Of a stretch of 64,000 bases of DNA, positions 38,973-51,094 are shown one piece after another. How positions within the stretch are numbered: the first letter of the stretch is position 1; each line of letters begins with the position of its first letter. Position numbers and translations under genes: made by a program. Under the pieces are notes generated by a model. It made no database searches and was not told where the DNA came from. It saw only the letters and a list, made by a program, of their open reading frames with translations. Source of the DNA: Callorhinchus milii (Eukaryota); contig NW_024704743.1 of assembly GCF_018977255.1 (NCBI RefSeq), positions 33,482,001-33,546,000 of the forward strand, read 5' to 3'.

Positions 38973-40859
38973 CAACCACTTCTCCACCCGCCTCAAATTT
39001 CTTCTTTTTCCTCCCAACTAAAGATACTTACTCATGACACAGAACATTTCCACAAACACAGCCACAACAGGCAATGTTTCACACATGCGCAGACATTCTG
39101 CCGTCATTGCGTAAGCATCGCATTTAATGTCAAGAACTTCATCCATATGCAAAACTGACATATTGTTCGTGATTTCTGCTTCACAAAAATATCAGTAAGG
39201 GAATCACGAGAAAGTGCAGGAGCAAAAGCTGCTGATATTCAGGCATATTTCCTGGCACAAAGTAACCTTTATGGGTAGCAGAGATCACATGGGGGAAAAA
39301 AGTAATAGAGGATCGCACATGATCACACATGCACAAAATTCTGACATCGTGATATTTACAACAGTTCAGAGCCAATGTAAACGTGAAGGCTTTGCATGTG
39401 TAATATGTCCAGTTTAAAGCCACATTATATGCATCTCTGCAGTCATTACGGAAAAGCAGCATTAATTCATACAACGCCTGATTTTGCACTATCATGAATG
39501 GCATCTTGGTGCTGGATAAAATGTCTTTAATAGTGAACATGTTTGTGGCTTGGATATTCCTCACCTTGAAAGCATTAGCCCATTACTATTATGTGACACT
39601 GATGTAATCTTTTCAGTACCACTTGCTTTTCAGTGGGTATTCCTGTGTGATATGAGTCTTTCTGTCTTCAAATTTAATGCATAAGAGAACAGAAGTGGCT
39701 TGTTCATAAGTCTCACTTTTCAGAAGAAAATAGTCTAAAACAAAATTAACTAGTTTCATTAGACTAAAATCAAATGACTGCATTGACAGTCAAAATGCAC
39801 CCGGGATGGGGCTAGATTCTAATTGAACTGTAGTATGCGCTTTATGACAAAAAGCCAGGAAACAATTTTTTCTGAGTTATTGTACCGGTGAATAATAACC
39901 TAAAGAAAATCAATAATAAACCTCTTTGCTGTCTGGGCATTAAAATAACAAATACCAAAGGGGATGCAAATTAGCTCACATTCTCATCAGAGACTTTCAC
40001 ACAACATTAGGATTTACTGTTGTGATTCATACAAGGCTACTAAATAGTCCGCTGAATTGTTACGCTCTATGGGGCAAGGGTGTAGAAATACTGCAGCAAT
40101 AGTATCGCTTGTCTCTGAATGAAAGCAAATTCCCTAACAGTTGTCATGACTATTTGTTTCCCAAAGGGCAACTTTTCTATACATATTTTTGCAAACAGGT
40201 ATAACAAGCTAATCCACTGGTCCATTGTATTGCCATTCTCACAATAAAATAATAATCCTTGCATCTGATACAGAGTCTTACCATGCCGTCGAGATGTTTA
40301 AAAGTGCTTCACAGGATTTTTACTGTGAAATGTAGTGAATGTGTATTTTATAGCAAAAATAAAATAAATAATGAATACTACCCCTTCACTAATTCCAACA
40401 GGCTAGTTTGGAGCCATTGGACTTGCTAGGTCACATCTGATGGCACTACAGCCACGGATTGTGGCTTAACTAAATTTGGGGGGGGCTGAATCAAGATACA
40501 AGGATTATTGTTATGATTATTGTAGTTATATCCTGTGCTCTAATGACAGTACAGTCAGTGTTGAACATTGTGTGCATGGGTGTCAGCTTGACTCAGCTGG
40601 TAGCATTCTCGCCTCTGGATCAGAAGACAGGAAACCTACATCAAGGCATGAGTTCGCAGCCCCTAGACTAACACTCTAGAGCAGTGCTGGGGGAACAATG
40701 CATTGTTGAAAGTGTTGTCTTTCACATGAGACATGAAAATCAATGTCCTCTCTTGCAAGTTCCTCCTTATTTCTAGGTTGAATTAAATAGTTCAGTATAG
40801 ATTTACTGAGATTCTCCCGGAATTGAGAGGATACAATTATCAGAAAACACTAGACAGGA

Positions 40860-41195
40860 GGAGAGGGAGGGAGGTGACCGTAAGCATGATCAAAAAGGAA
40901 GGTCTTTAGGCGGGATTTGAAAGTGGGGAGGGAGGGGGGCAAGATGGAGGGATTAGATGAGAGAGTTCCAGAGCTTCAGGATGTAGTGACTAAAAGCAGG
41001 GCTGCTGATGATGGAGTGCCGAGGGATGAACAGGAACCGAACTGGCCGAGTGGAGGCAGCGGATGGTGGAATGGGGGGCGAGCAAGTCAGAAAGGTAGGA
41101 AGGTGCGAGGGCATAAAGGGATTTGAAAACAAGAGAGAGGATCTTGAAGTCAATCTGTTCAGAAATTGGGAACTAGTGCAGCCTGGCAAGGATGG
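40860..41195 (-). mobile_element. Old L2 3' fragment
   Basis: Reverse translation ...PAFSHYILKLWNSL. Confidence 0.7.
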
Positions 41196-41204
41196 GTGGA
41201 ATTT

Positions 41205-41637
41205 AATAATAATAATAATAATCCTTGCATTTGATATAGCGCTTTTCACGTCTTCTCGACGTCTCAAAGCGCTTCACAGAATATGCTGTAAAGTGAATTG
41301 ACTGTATATTTGTGGGCGAAACGCGGCAGCCAATTGCACAGCAGTGTCCCACAAACAGTCATGGATTGAAAATGACTAATTTATTATTGTTTTGTTTTGC
41401 AGGGATTATTATTAGGCGTGTGGAGTAAGGAAACTTGCCCAAAGTTGCGCCCTGTCTGGAATTGAACCCAGGTGTCTCGCTTGCAAGGCGAGTGCTCTAA
41501 CCACTGAGCTACAGGACTCCAATTATTATTAGGCGTGTGGAGTAAGGAAACTTGCCCAAAGTTGCGCCCTGTCTGGAATTGAACCCAGGTGTCTCGCTTG
41601 CAAGGCGAGTGCTCTAACCACTGAGCTACAGGACTCC
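41205..41637 (-). mobile_element. tRNA-derived SINE with a tandemly duplicated 117-bp head
   Basis: 41405-41521 is repeated at 41522-41638. Confidence 0.95.
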
Positions 41638-44600
41638 AATTTCCAAGATGGGTGACTTTACAGCACCCAATTAGTAGATGTGTCTCACTCACTCCTGGTC
41701 TAAAGACATTTCCTGCTATCTGCTCTGAATTTACATTTCACTATTTTCCTCAAACGTTCTATGGTCCTACTTTCTTGGTTTACTTTGAAGTGCTGATCTG
41801 AGTTTACCTTATCAATACCATGAATATATTTTAATGAGGTCATCCCTGAACCACCAACTTTCTAGCCTGTAAACCTTACGTTGTTTTAATCTTTCTTCAC
41901 AGCTCAGTGCCCGTACATGTGGGGCCATTCTTGTTGCTCTTTGCTAATGGAGGTAGAATGCACCAGACAGTTTGAGAAAGAAATGTGTGCCTCTTTACCA
42001 GGAAATCTCTGGGATTGTAAAGCACGATCATACTGCACTACCACACCTGCCACAAAAGGGTGTAAACAGCCTCCAAGGCATTGGGGCCAGGATAAAGTGC
42101 GAGCGAGACTCAGCTGCTTTTTGCTGCCTAATTACTCCGTCACATAATTCATGCTAACACAGCAATTAACAATAAAACACAGATCAGTCGATGGCATCCC
42201 AGGGATGACATTTCATTACCGCACTGCATATAATACCCTTTCTATGATTTGCATGCATACAATATATACTGGGGGGTGATAGAGTGCTTATAGAAAGCTG
42301 TGTAACTCATTTGCATTTGCATCAGTGCATAAATCAGCATGTACATCATTCTTTTTAAAGCTACTTTTTCCATCAGTTGCTCCATAGATGAGTAACTTGG
42401 GAAATGTCTGTATGCTGGGGAGTTGCTGATGGGGACCATTTCCAAGGTGAGTGACTTTACAGCACCCAATTAGCAGATGTATGTGTCTCACTCCCCACTG
42501 GGCTATTGTTTGCCAGCCTGGCCAGGTGTTAGATGCCAGCTCTGACAATGACTTTAGATGGCCAGAGAGAGAGAGCATATGTTCATCTTCAATGTAAGAT
42601 ACAGCTTGATGCTATAATGAGAGGATGGTAGGATGGGTATTCTGGAAGGAGATCAAATGGGTGAAAGGGCTTTCTTCAGCTGACCCTCTTGCAATCCTCT
42701 GAATTACAATCTCTGTGAGTACACGGAATCTGAAACCATTGGCAAAGAGACAAGTTTCCATATAAAAACTTTTTAGCCTCATGCCCTATGACAGGATCTC
42801 TATGTCTTTTTTATGTCTTAGTTCTGACTAAGAGTTACTATTTATGTCAGTAACTCCTTCTTACTTAGAAACCATCAAACCATGAACACAGTCAGACTTT
42901 CGTTCCAGAACAATTTTCTGTCCTCACTCCTCCACCCCCCTATTCTTCTGAAGACTTTTTTTCCTTTCTACTGAGGTACAATTCCATGTGTCCCGAATGC
43001 CCTCCAGTACCTTGCTTTTATTCACAAGTGAATGTTAACAGTGAGTTAGTTACCACTGACTCCAAGCAGTTTCTAACATCATAAGTATTTGCTTGTTTTC
43101 CACAGCTGAGGTGGATCCGGTCTTCGCATAGTCACTGCCCACGAGACACACATGTGATAATAATAATAATCCTTGCATTTGATATAGTGCCTTATCACAT
43201 CTTTGGGATGTCTGAAAGCACTTCACAGAATATACTGTAAAGTGAATTGACTATATTTTGTGGGCGAAACGCAGCAGCCAATTGCGCACATCAATGTCCC
43301 ACAAATAGTCGTGGATTGAGTGACCAATTTATTATTATTATTTTTTGAAGGAATTTCCCAAACTCTACACAATCTTAAATTTTAAGACAATGACCAAAGC
43401 ATGAGAAATATCTAGATTTAGCAGGCATAAGGGAGGAAAAGCTAGAGGGAAAATTAGAACAGGGAAACAACAACAACAAATTACATTTGTATAGGGCCTT
43501 CCACGTCAGGAGGCCATCCCAAAGCGCTGGACAGTCAGGGATCCGCACCCGAGCTGGTGGTTGGGATCAGGAGGGGTGGAGGGCGGGGAGGGTAGAGGTA
43601 GGAGGGTAACCAAAGGCATGAAACAAAAGGAGTACAATAAACCTCTGGCTTTCTGTACAAACTTTCCTAGCATATACTAACACCACGCTGAGCAGCCTCA
43701 CTGTGCTTGCTGTCTTTTGCAGTGGCCAGGGATATCAACTTTGACTCGGTTTGAATCCCACGAGCAGACAATGGCTTATTCGCTATATTCAAACAATTCG
43801 AATGCTGGTAATGCATTGTAATTACACTTATCTGGAAATTCCGGCTGACTGGACCGGATCTCTGCTCCATTTAGTCCGGCTGGTCGGGGTTTAAATGTAC
43901 TCAGGATTTTAAAATAAACATTTACATTTGTTGCACTTCCTACAGACCACGTGTTTCTCAGTATCATGTCTTACACGTGCCGTTGTTAAGCTCTCCAAGC
44001 CACTCACTGCTCACGTGAATCGCGCAATATTAAATGCAAGTTGTTGTTGGTATTGTTAAACATTTTTGTTGGTCAGCTAGGTGTCTGACACCGAAGGAAA
44101 CCCATCGCCAGGCTTAACAGTATCCAAATCAAACTGCCGAGAGTTCCACATATTGCATGGGAATTATCCTTTGTCTTGGCCATTTGTGGTGCTATTGCAG
44201 GAAGCAGCTCCAGCACTTTATGACGGCAGGTAGCTTGTTGCTGAACAGGTTTCAAAACACTTTCTGAATGCATTTGAGTGATTGATCAGCAGAACTTTTT
44301 TAAAAAACTAATGTAAGGGATTAAAGGAAATGTGCAGAGTTTAAACTACGCCTGAAATATTGATCCAACTTGTGTTGCTGTTATTGTGTGTGATAGTCTG
44401 TAAAGTGTATATAATCTTGTGTAATGAATGATTGAATGAATCGTACGTTGTCTGCTGGTGTAAGGATATGGATTTTGTGTTCATTAACAAAGCGACTTCA
44501 CTTTCACGAGAGCTTCTTTCCAGCATTGTCAGCAATCTGCCCCCTTTAACTTTGGATAGAGGCCAGTGCAGTGAGGAACATTGGCATGTAATTGTATGGC

Positions 44601-47468
44601 TGTCAGCAGCTACACAGGATATCTAATGGGCAAGTGTGAAGTGCTATTTATATTTGTACTAGCGAGGGGTGGGGGGGACATAACTTGTGCGTGACAGTTA
44701 CCAGCGAGTTGTGAAAGTGATCGTCACCCATCAGTGATATTGAAGCAGTGCTTTACACTCTGTCTACCATTTTTATCATAACGGTGTAAAACTTATTTGT
44801 TTTAAATATATTTTTGAACACTGTACAGTGCATTTTAAAAAAAAGAGCAGATTTTGGCTGAACTTTTCATTTAACTCCTCTCCTGGAAACATTTCCTCTT
44901 TGTCGAGCTCCAGTTCCACACGTGCTGGACTCTGGTACAATCCCAGACACTATTCAGGCACGAGGCCAGCCAGAAAAGCAGAGTCTCCAGCGAGGTCTAG
45001 ATTTACTCTATTTAGGCAACGTTTTAAAGTGTCCAGAATTTGGCAAGTTCTGTAAGCTGGTTTTCTACAGCAAAACGACATGGAAGTTATAGTTAAGAAA
45101 TGAAATCATCAATATGCCGGACACTGGACCCTCTGAAATGCTGTGTTAATGGAGTAAACCTAGGCTCAGGGGGAATTTGGTCCCAAGTTGACAGGCTATT
45201 TGACTGTATAACCCAGCCCGACATCGTACTCACCTCATATCCACAAACCTATGTTGTTTCCAACACTGGATAGTGATCATGAGCAGGAACCCTGCCTAGG
45301 TAATTATATCACCCACAGCAGCTGCCTCAGCTGAAATAAACCAACTCAGCCCCAACCAGGATTTAAAGCTAAAACCTTTGTGCTTAACACACCAAGGCGC
45401 AATATCAAATGCAAGTTGTGCTGTTATTAGATTACACCAGAGTGCTTGTTTTACTCACTAGGCCAGCAGTGCAGCTCACAACCAGGGAAGTAAATCTTAT
45501 GAGTTGGCCATCACATGATAGTGGTGTGTGAGCTGTGAAATGCTCCCGTGGCATGCAGAGCAGTGGCTTGCAATCGGTGGTTAACACTTCCATCCAGCCA
45601 CCCCCAGCATGTGTTTGCAACGTAACTGTAAGGATGTATCTATAGCTCACTTCGTTCACTCTTAAAACTATCCACTTATGACATATTGCTTCTTTATTTA
45701 AACATTATAGCTGGAATAAATAGGGTTTTAATGGCTACTTGGGCAAGGTAGTGGAGGTCAATTGGTGCTTGTGGGACAGTAAGGGGTCAATTCCCTCAGG
45801 ACAGGAGAGGATGGGAGAAAATAAAAAGGAGGAAAAGTGTATAATCCTAAACTCTTACAGTGACTTGCTCGAAAAAGTAAGCTACATGGGAGCTACATGC
45901 ATGAACAAAATAACTACTAAATGTTGGACTGCAGGTGGCCAGTGTAGCCAACCAGCACGAATCAGGCAGCATTACATAATGTTTCTCACTCGTTGAAGGT
46001 GACAGGATGGAGCTTCTGCTGGCTGAAGTCCAACAGCTCCAAGAGGCAATGTTGCTTGTTTATACAGTTGAACTATGAGGCTACTGCAACAACGACCTAA
46101 TTTCCATTTGTAGGTGGGATGCATGAAATTCTCAGCTTGGTTCAGATACTCTTAAGCATTGTGATGGGTTTCCGCTTGTGTCAGACACCCGGCTGATCAA
46201 TAGACAGTTAGTCTTTTCTGAGTCTCTGTCTTCTATGCAACCTGCAGAGCTCCCATCGTGAATTGTGACTACATTATTCTGACCAAGCCCTTTAAGTAGC
46301 TTTTGAAAGACTGAAGCCCATATTCTAAGTGCCTTGTGCATTTGCCAATAAAACACAGTTACTCCACTGTACAGCATATCTTGTGTAGCTCTTTGGGATG
46401 TCCTCTAAGGATTATTATTATAATAATAATATCAACTGGTTTTACTGTGTTGCTCTCAGAATCTTCAGTCCGTGCTCTACTGAAATAATCACAGATGTGA
46501 AACTTGGTAGGAAGCTTGGAGATTTTGGCTTTCAAAAGGGAATCATCTGAAAGAAAAAACAACATAAAGCGCTCCGAGATGCTACCCAGCATGAAGGGCG
46601 CTATATAAATGCAAGTTACTGTTGTTGTTGTAAAATAGTATAGAGAAAAAGGAATGGAGTTATACAGATGGCAAATAAAATTTGTTCACTTGTTTCAGAA
46701 CTGTTTGTGGGACACTATGGGTTTGCCTGCCACATTCATCTACAAATACACAGTCACTACACTTCATCGTATATCCTGTGAACCTTTTGAGACATTCTCA
46801 GATGTGAAAGATGCTATACGAAATCCAAGGATTATTATTATTGTAGCTCTTACAGAGAGCTGGCACAGACATAATTCATCTTCTTGTGAGATGAAAAAGT
46901 CAATCATGTCTCATGTCAGCCCCCTCCCCCACAATATTAAATAATATCTATTTCAAGCAACCTATCTTCCCTCAGGGAAAAAGCTGAATTATGATGTTCC
47001 CATTGACCATCAAGAAAAGTCTACGCCTGTAGAAGTAATAAGTTATTGAGAAAGATCGGAATGAGCACATTACGTTTTGAAATGAACTGTACGAATGGTA
47101 ATGATCACTATCATCCAAAAATAGACCTTGGTTATAGGAAGCCAACCTTTAGCATACACCTTTAGTGAGGCTAAAAATAACAAAGGGCTTTAATGACCAC
47201 AAGGTAATATGGAATATGTGCATTTATATATCAATCTCAAAATTGTTCAGGTGAATTATTTCAGTCCTGTCTCTTAATTTCTAAATGTGCCAATTCTTTT
47301 TCAAGAAACACCAATTTTGATGTGATTTCTTTAAATTGTGATCAAACCTACAGGAGCAGAACCACTCCGTAAATGTATTGTAATAATAAATGCATTATGA
47401 TGAACACCTAATACTGCAGGGCTGGAAATATGACCAAGTAACCTTGATGGCAGCAGAACAGGAGACAA

Positions 47469-47637
47469 GAGGCCCTAAAATTCCACCTAGTCTTAAAGCT
47501 GGTTTCTTTTTAAGAAATTGTGGAAAACCTGCTTCTACATTATGACTGAAGTTAGGAATTATCCACATTTCTGGGTGATCTTAAATTGTAAGACAAAATG
47601 GTATTGCAGACTAAAACCAGGTCGAATTTTAAGCCTC
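47469..47637. mobile_element. Short MITE-like element with ~27-bp imperfect terminal inverted repeats
   Basis: gaggccctaaaattccacctagtcttaa ... ctaaaaccaggtcgaattttaagcctc. Confidence 0.65.
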
Positions 47638-48589
47638 ATACCCTAAGAAACCACTGCTTCCAGTTACATGCAATTAGATTTGCTGGTTTTCTTTGCTAAG
47701 CGGATGAATCCTACTGTGGTTGCTAAACAGAAGAAACATGTGAGTGGCTAGCTTGCATGTGGATGATTTTTTATGTCCTTCGCTTTGTGGACACAACGCT
47801 GATTGACAAATTTAAAACATTTAGATATTTCCAGGACTATCTCACCATCTGGTCTGCACCTGAAATCGAAGCAAGCCACTGATGGATAGATCTATGCAGA
47901 ATACATAACTACGCCAATAAATCTCAAAGATTGGCAAGATCCTAAAGCTTGGGCGAACGTTTTGCACCAACACTTTTGGATGCAATATTTTAAATTCATA
48001 TTTTTCAAATGCCCAACACATTTTTAAAATTCATTTTAATAACTGGACTGGAAGCTAGCAACAAATGCCAACAAATTACCTGATTTATTTTTCCAATTAG
48101 CAATAAAATCCTAGCAAATCAATGAGTACAGTGACATTAAAATTCCAAAACTTCCCGTCATTGAGTTTGTAGCTGCTAAACAACAGTATACAGTGCAACA
48201 AAGCCTCATTTTACTTGGTTGGTGCTTTAATGTTTATATAATGAAACATAACAGCTTGCATTAATGACTGGATAAGTTGTCAGGAAGGGTAGTCGAGGCC
48301 AGGATACATTTAAAAAGCAGCTTGATGCTGTGTTGGGAGGACAATAGGGTAGGTATTCTGGAAAGATGAGATCCAATGGGCCAAAGGGCCTTCTTAATCT
48401 GAATCTTGTGATCTAACAATAAGAGAAATTCTCAATTTATTAATTTTCTTGTCAAGTATTTGGTTTACAAATAGTTTATTCTGTGGATGAGGAGGGGAAT
48501 AAATAATTGTAAACAGAATACTTTACAAGAAAAATTTTCTCTTGCTTTTACTCATCCTGTCTTGATTTATGGAAGCAGAATTCTTTGGC

Positions 48590-48955
48590 GAGTACTCTCA
48601 TCTCTGGTTCAAAAGACTGTGGCAACAAACCAACTTCAGGACTTCAGCACACTGTCTAAACTAATACTTTTGTGCAGTGCTGGGGAAGCACTGCATTGTC
48701 AAAGGTGCTATCCTTCAGATGAGACCTTCATGGCACTGTTGAAAAAGAGAAGGGAGTTTCTCCTGATCTGCTCACCAGCAATCCTCCAGATAAATTGGTC
48801 ACTCAGCTCACTTCATTGCTATTATTGGGACATTGCCATCTGCAAATTGGCTGCTATGTTTCCCCTCAAATACACAGTTATTACACTTTATAACAATTCT
48901 CTATGAAGTCCTTTGAGAGTTTCAATATTACGCTATATCAAATGCAAGCATTAAT
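48590..48955 (+). mobile_element. Deu-domain SINE
   Basis: gcactgcattgtcaaaggtgctatccttcagatgagacc core; family body and tail. Confidence 0.8.
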
Positions 48956-49317
48956 TACGCTATTTGGGTCTCCAGATCAGAGGTTCGCAGGTTCCAATCC
49001 CACATGAGAATTAATGCCCCAGTGCTGCATTGTAGAAGATGAAGTCTTTTCGATCAAGTTTCTGATGCCTTTTCTTCTGGTGGCCACTGAAAATCCCATG
49101 ATCCCATTTGAAAAGAGAAGGTGTTTTTCCTCCTGGTGTCCTGGCCAACAGTACTCCAGATTGATAGATTATTTGCTTCCGGGCTGTATGGGTGATCTTG
49201 CTGTGTGCAAATGGCTGTTGGATCATTTATCTGCAAGCAACATTTTTCTGCGACCTGACAGTTTTTACTGTGAAGCACTTTGCAAGCCTTTTGACCTAAT
49301 AAGGCACCATAACAACA

Positions 49318-49628
49318 AATAATAATAATAATCCTTGCATTTGATATAGCGCTTTTCACATAGGGAGGACGTCCCAAAGCGCTTCACAGAACACACTGTA
49401 AAGTGAATTGACTGTATATTTGTGGGCGAACGCGGCAGCCAATTGCGCACAGCAATGTCCCACAAACAGTTGTAGATTGAAAATGACCAATTTATTATTT
49501 GTTTCTGGAGGGATTATTATTAGGTGTGTGGAGTAAGGAAACTTGCCCAAGGTTTCGCCCTGTCTGGAGTTGAACTCAGGTCTCTCACTTGCAAAGCGAG
49601 TGCTCTAACCACTGAGCTACAGGACTCC
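49318..49628 (-). mobile_element. Full-length young tRNA-Ala-derived SINE
   Basis: Reverse complement near-identical to 23709-24030. Confidence 0.95.
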
Positions 49629-49957
49629 ACAAATGCGAAAAGTAAAGCAAGTAACTTCCAATGGTATCATCATCTCTCCAGTATCACACCGATACTATGT
49701 GAGCCTAGACAATAATTGTTCTTAGCCTGTACAACTGTGGAAGAGTCACATAGACTCTCCCTAACACCACCCCCCTCTGAGATGGAGGGAAATACATTGT
49801 ATAGCAGTAGCTTGCATTAGCCCATAAGACAATGATCTTCCAAATAAAATTGCTCACTCACTCCATGGCCACAGTGTAAGCCAGCGTGAGGTAGTCCCTT
49901 TATGGGGGAAATTGTTTCAAAAAATATATATGTAATAATCATACTTGCATTTTAATA

Positions 49958-50783
49958 TACAACAAATTGCATTTACAGAGCGCCATCCACGCAGTGTAGC
50001 ATCTCAGAGCGCTTAATAGTGGCAGAGCCTGTCTCCGAGCCCGGGAGGGAGGTTATCATAAGCACAGTCAAAAAGGAAGGTTTTCAGGCAGGACTTGAAA
50101 AAGGAGAGAAGAGGCAAGGCGGAGGGATTGAGGGAGAGTGTTCCACAGTTTTGGGGCGTAGTGGCTGAAAGTGCGACCTCCAATGGTGGATCGGAGGGTG
50201 CGAGGGATGAGCAGGAGGCCGCTGCCAGTCAATCGGAGGCGCTGGTTGGTGGATTGGGGAGTGAGGAGGTCGGAGAGGTAGGAAGATGCCAAGGAGTGAA
50301 GGGATTTGAACATGAGTGTCAGGATCTTGAAGTCGATCCATTCAATGATGAGGAGCCAGTGGAGCCTGGCCAGAACTGGCGAGATGTGGGTATGGAGTTT
50401 GGTCCAGGTCAGTATGCGGGCGGCAAATTTCTGAATGAGCTGGATCTTTTGAATAGTGGAGCTGGGGAGATCGGTGAGGACTGCATTTGAATAATCCAGG
50501 CGGGAGGTGACCAACACATGCACGAGGGTTTTGACTACATTTGGGGTTAGATACCGTCGGAGGCAGGCAATATGGCAGAGGTGAAGGAAGACGATCCTGG
50601 TCAGGGACTGGATGTGTGGGAGGAAGGACAACTTGGGGTCAAACTGGATGCCGAGATTGCGCACTGGTTCGGTGAGTCTGAGGGAGAACCTAGGGAGGTT
50701 GAGGAGTTGAGATCCGCAGGAGTGAAGATTTTTGACGGAAGCCAGAGTATGACTTCTGTCTTGTCCACATTCAGCTGCAGCAA
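49958..50783 (-). mobile_element. L2 3' fragment with a 198-aa open ORF2 C-terminal stretch
   Basis: ORF 50068-50664(-) RNLGIQFDPKLSF...[10 protein letters not shown]...LARLHWL...GGRTFSHYAPKLWNTLP; upstream LLQLNVDKTEVIL. Confidence 0.93.
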
Positions 50784-50784
50784 A

Positions 50785-51094
50785 TGCACCTTATCTTCAC
50801 AGAATATATTGTAAAGTGAATTGACTGTATATTTTGTGGGCGAAACACGGCATCCAACTACGCACAGCAGTGTCCCACAAACACTCATGGATTGAAGAGA
50901 CCAATTCATTTTTTTTAAGGAATTATTACCCCCGGAAAGCAATCTGCCAATCGACTAACAACTGGGTTCCTACATACTGCTAGTTAAACAAAGGCTTGTA
51001 GAGTAAGGAAACTTGCCCAACATTTCACCCAGGCCGGAAATTGAACCCAGGTCACTCGCTTGCGAGTGCTCTAACCATTGAGGTACAGGACTCC
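50785..51094 (-). mobile_element. tRNA-derived SINE, long form, lacking its own tail and fused to the L2
   Basis: Head at 51020-51094; the body runs directly into L2 sequence at about 50783. Confidence 0.85.

Noticed and set aside
50068..50664. L2 ORFs (also 6062-6703 and 12872-13477) as functional genes
   Set aside because: 5'-truncated and frameshifted LINE ORF2 remnants with no endonuclease or complete RT domain
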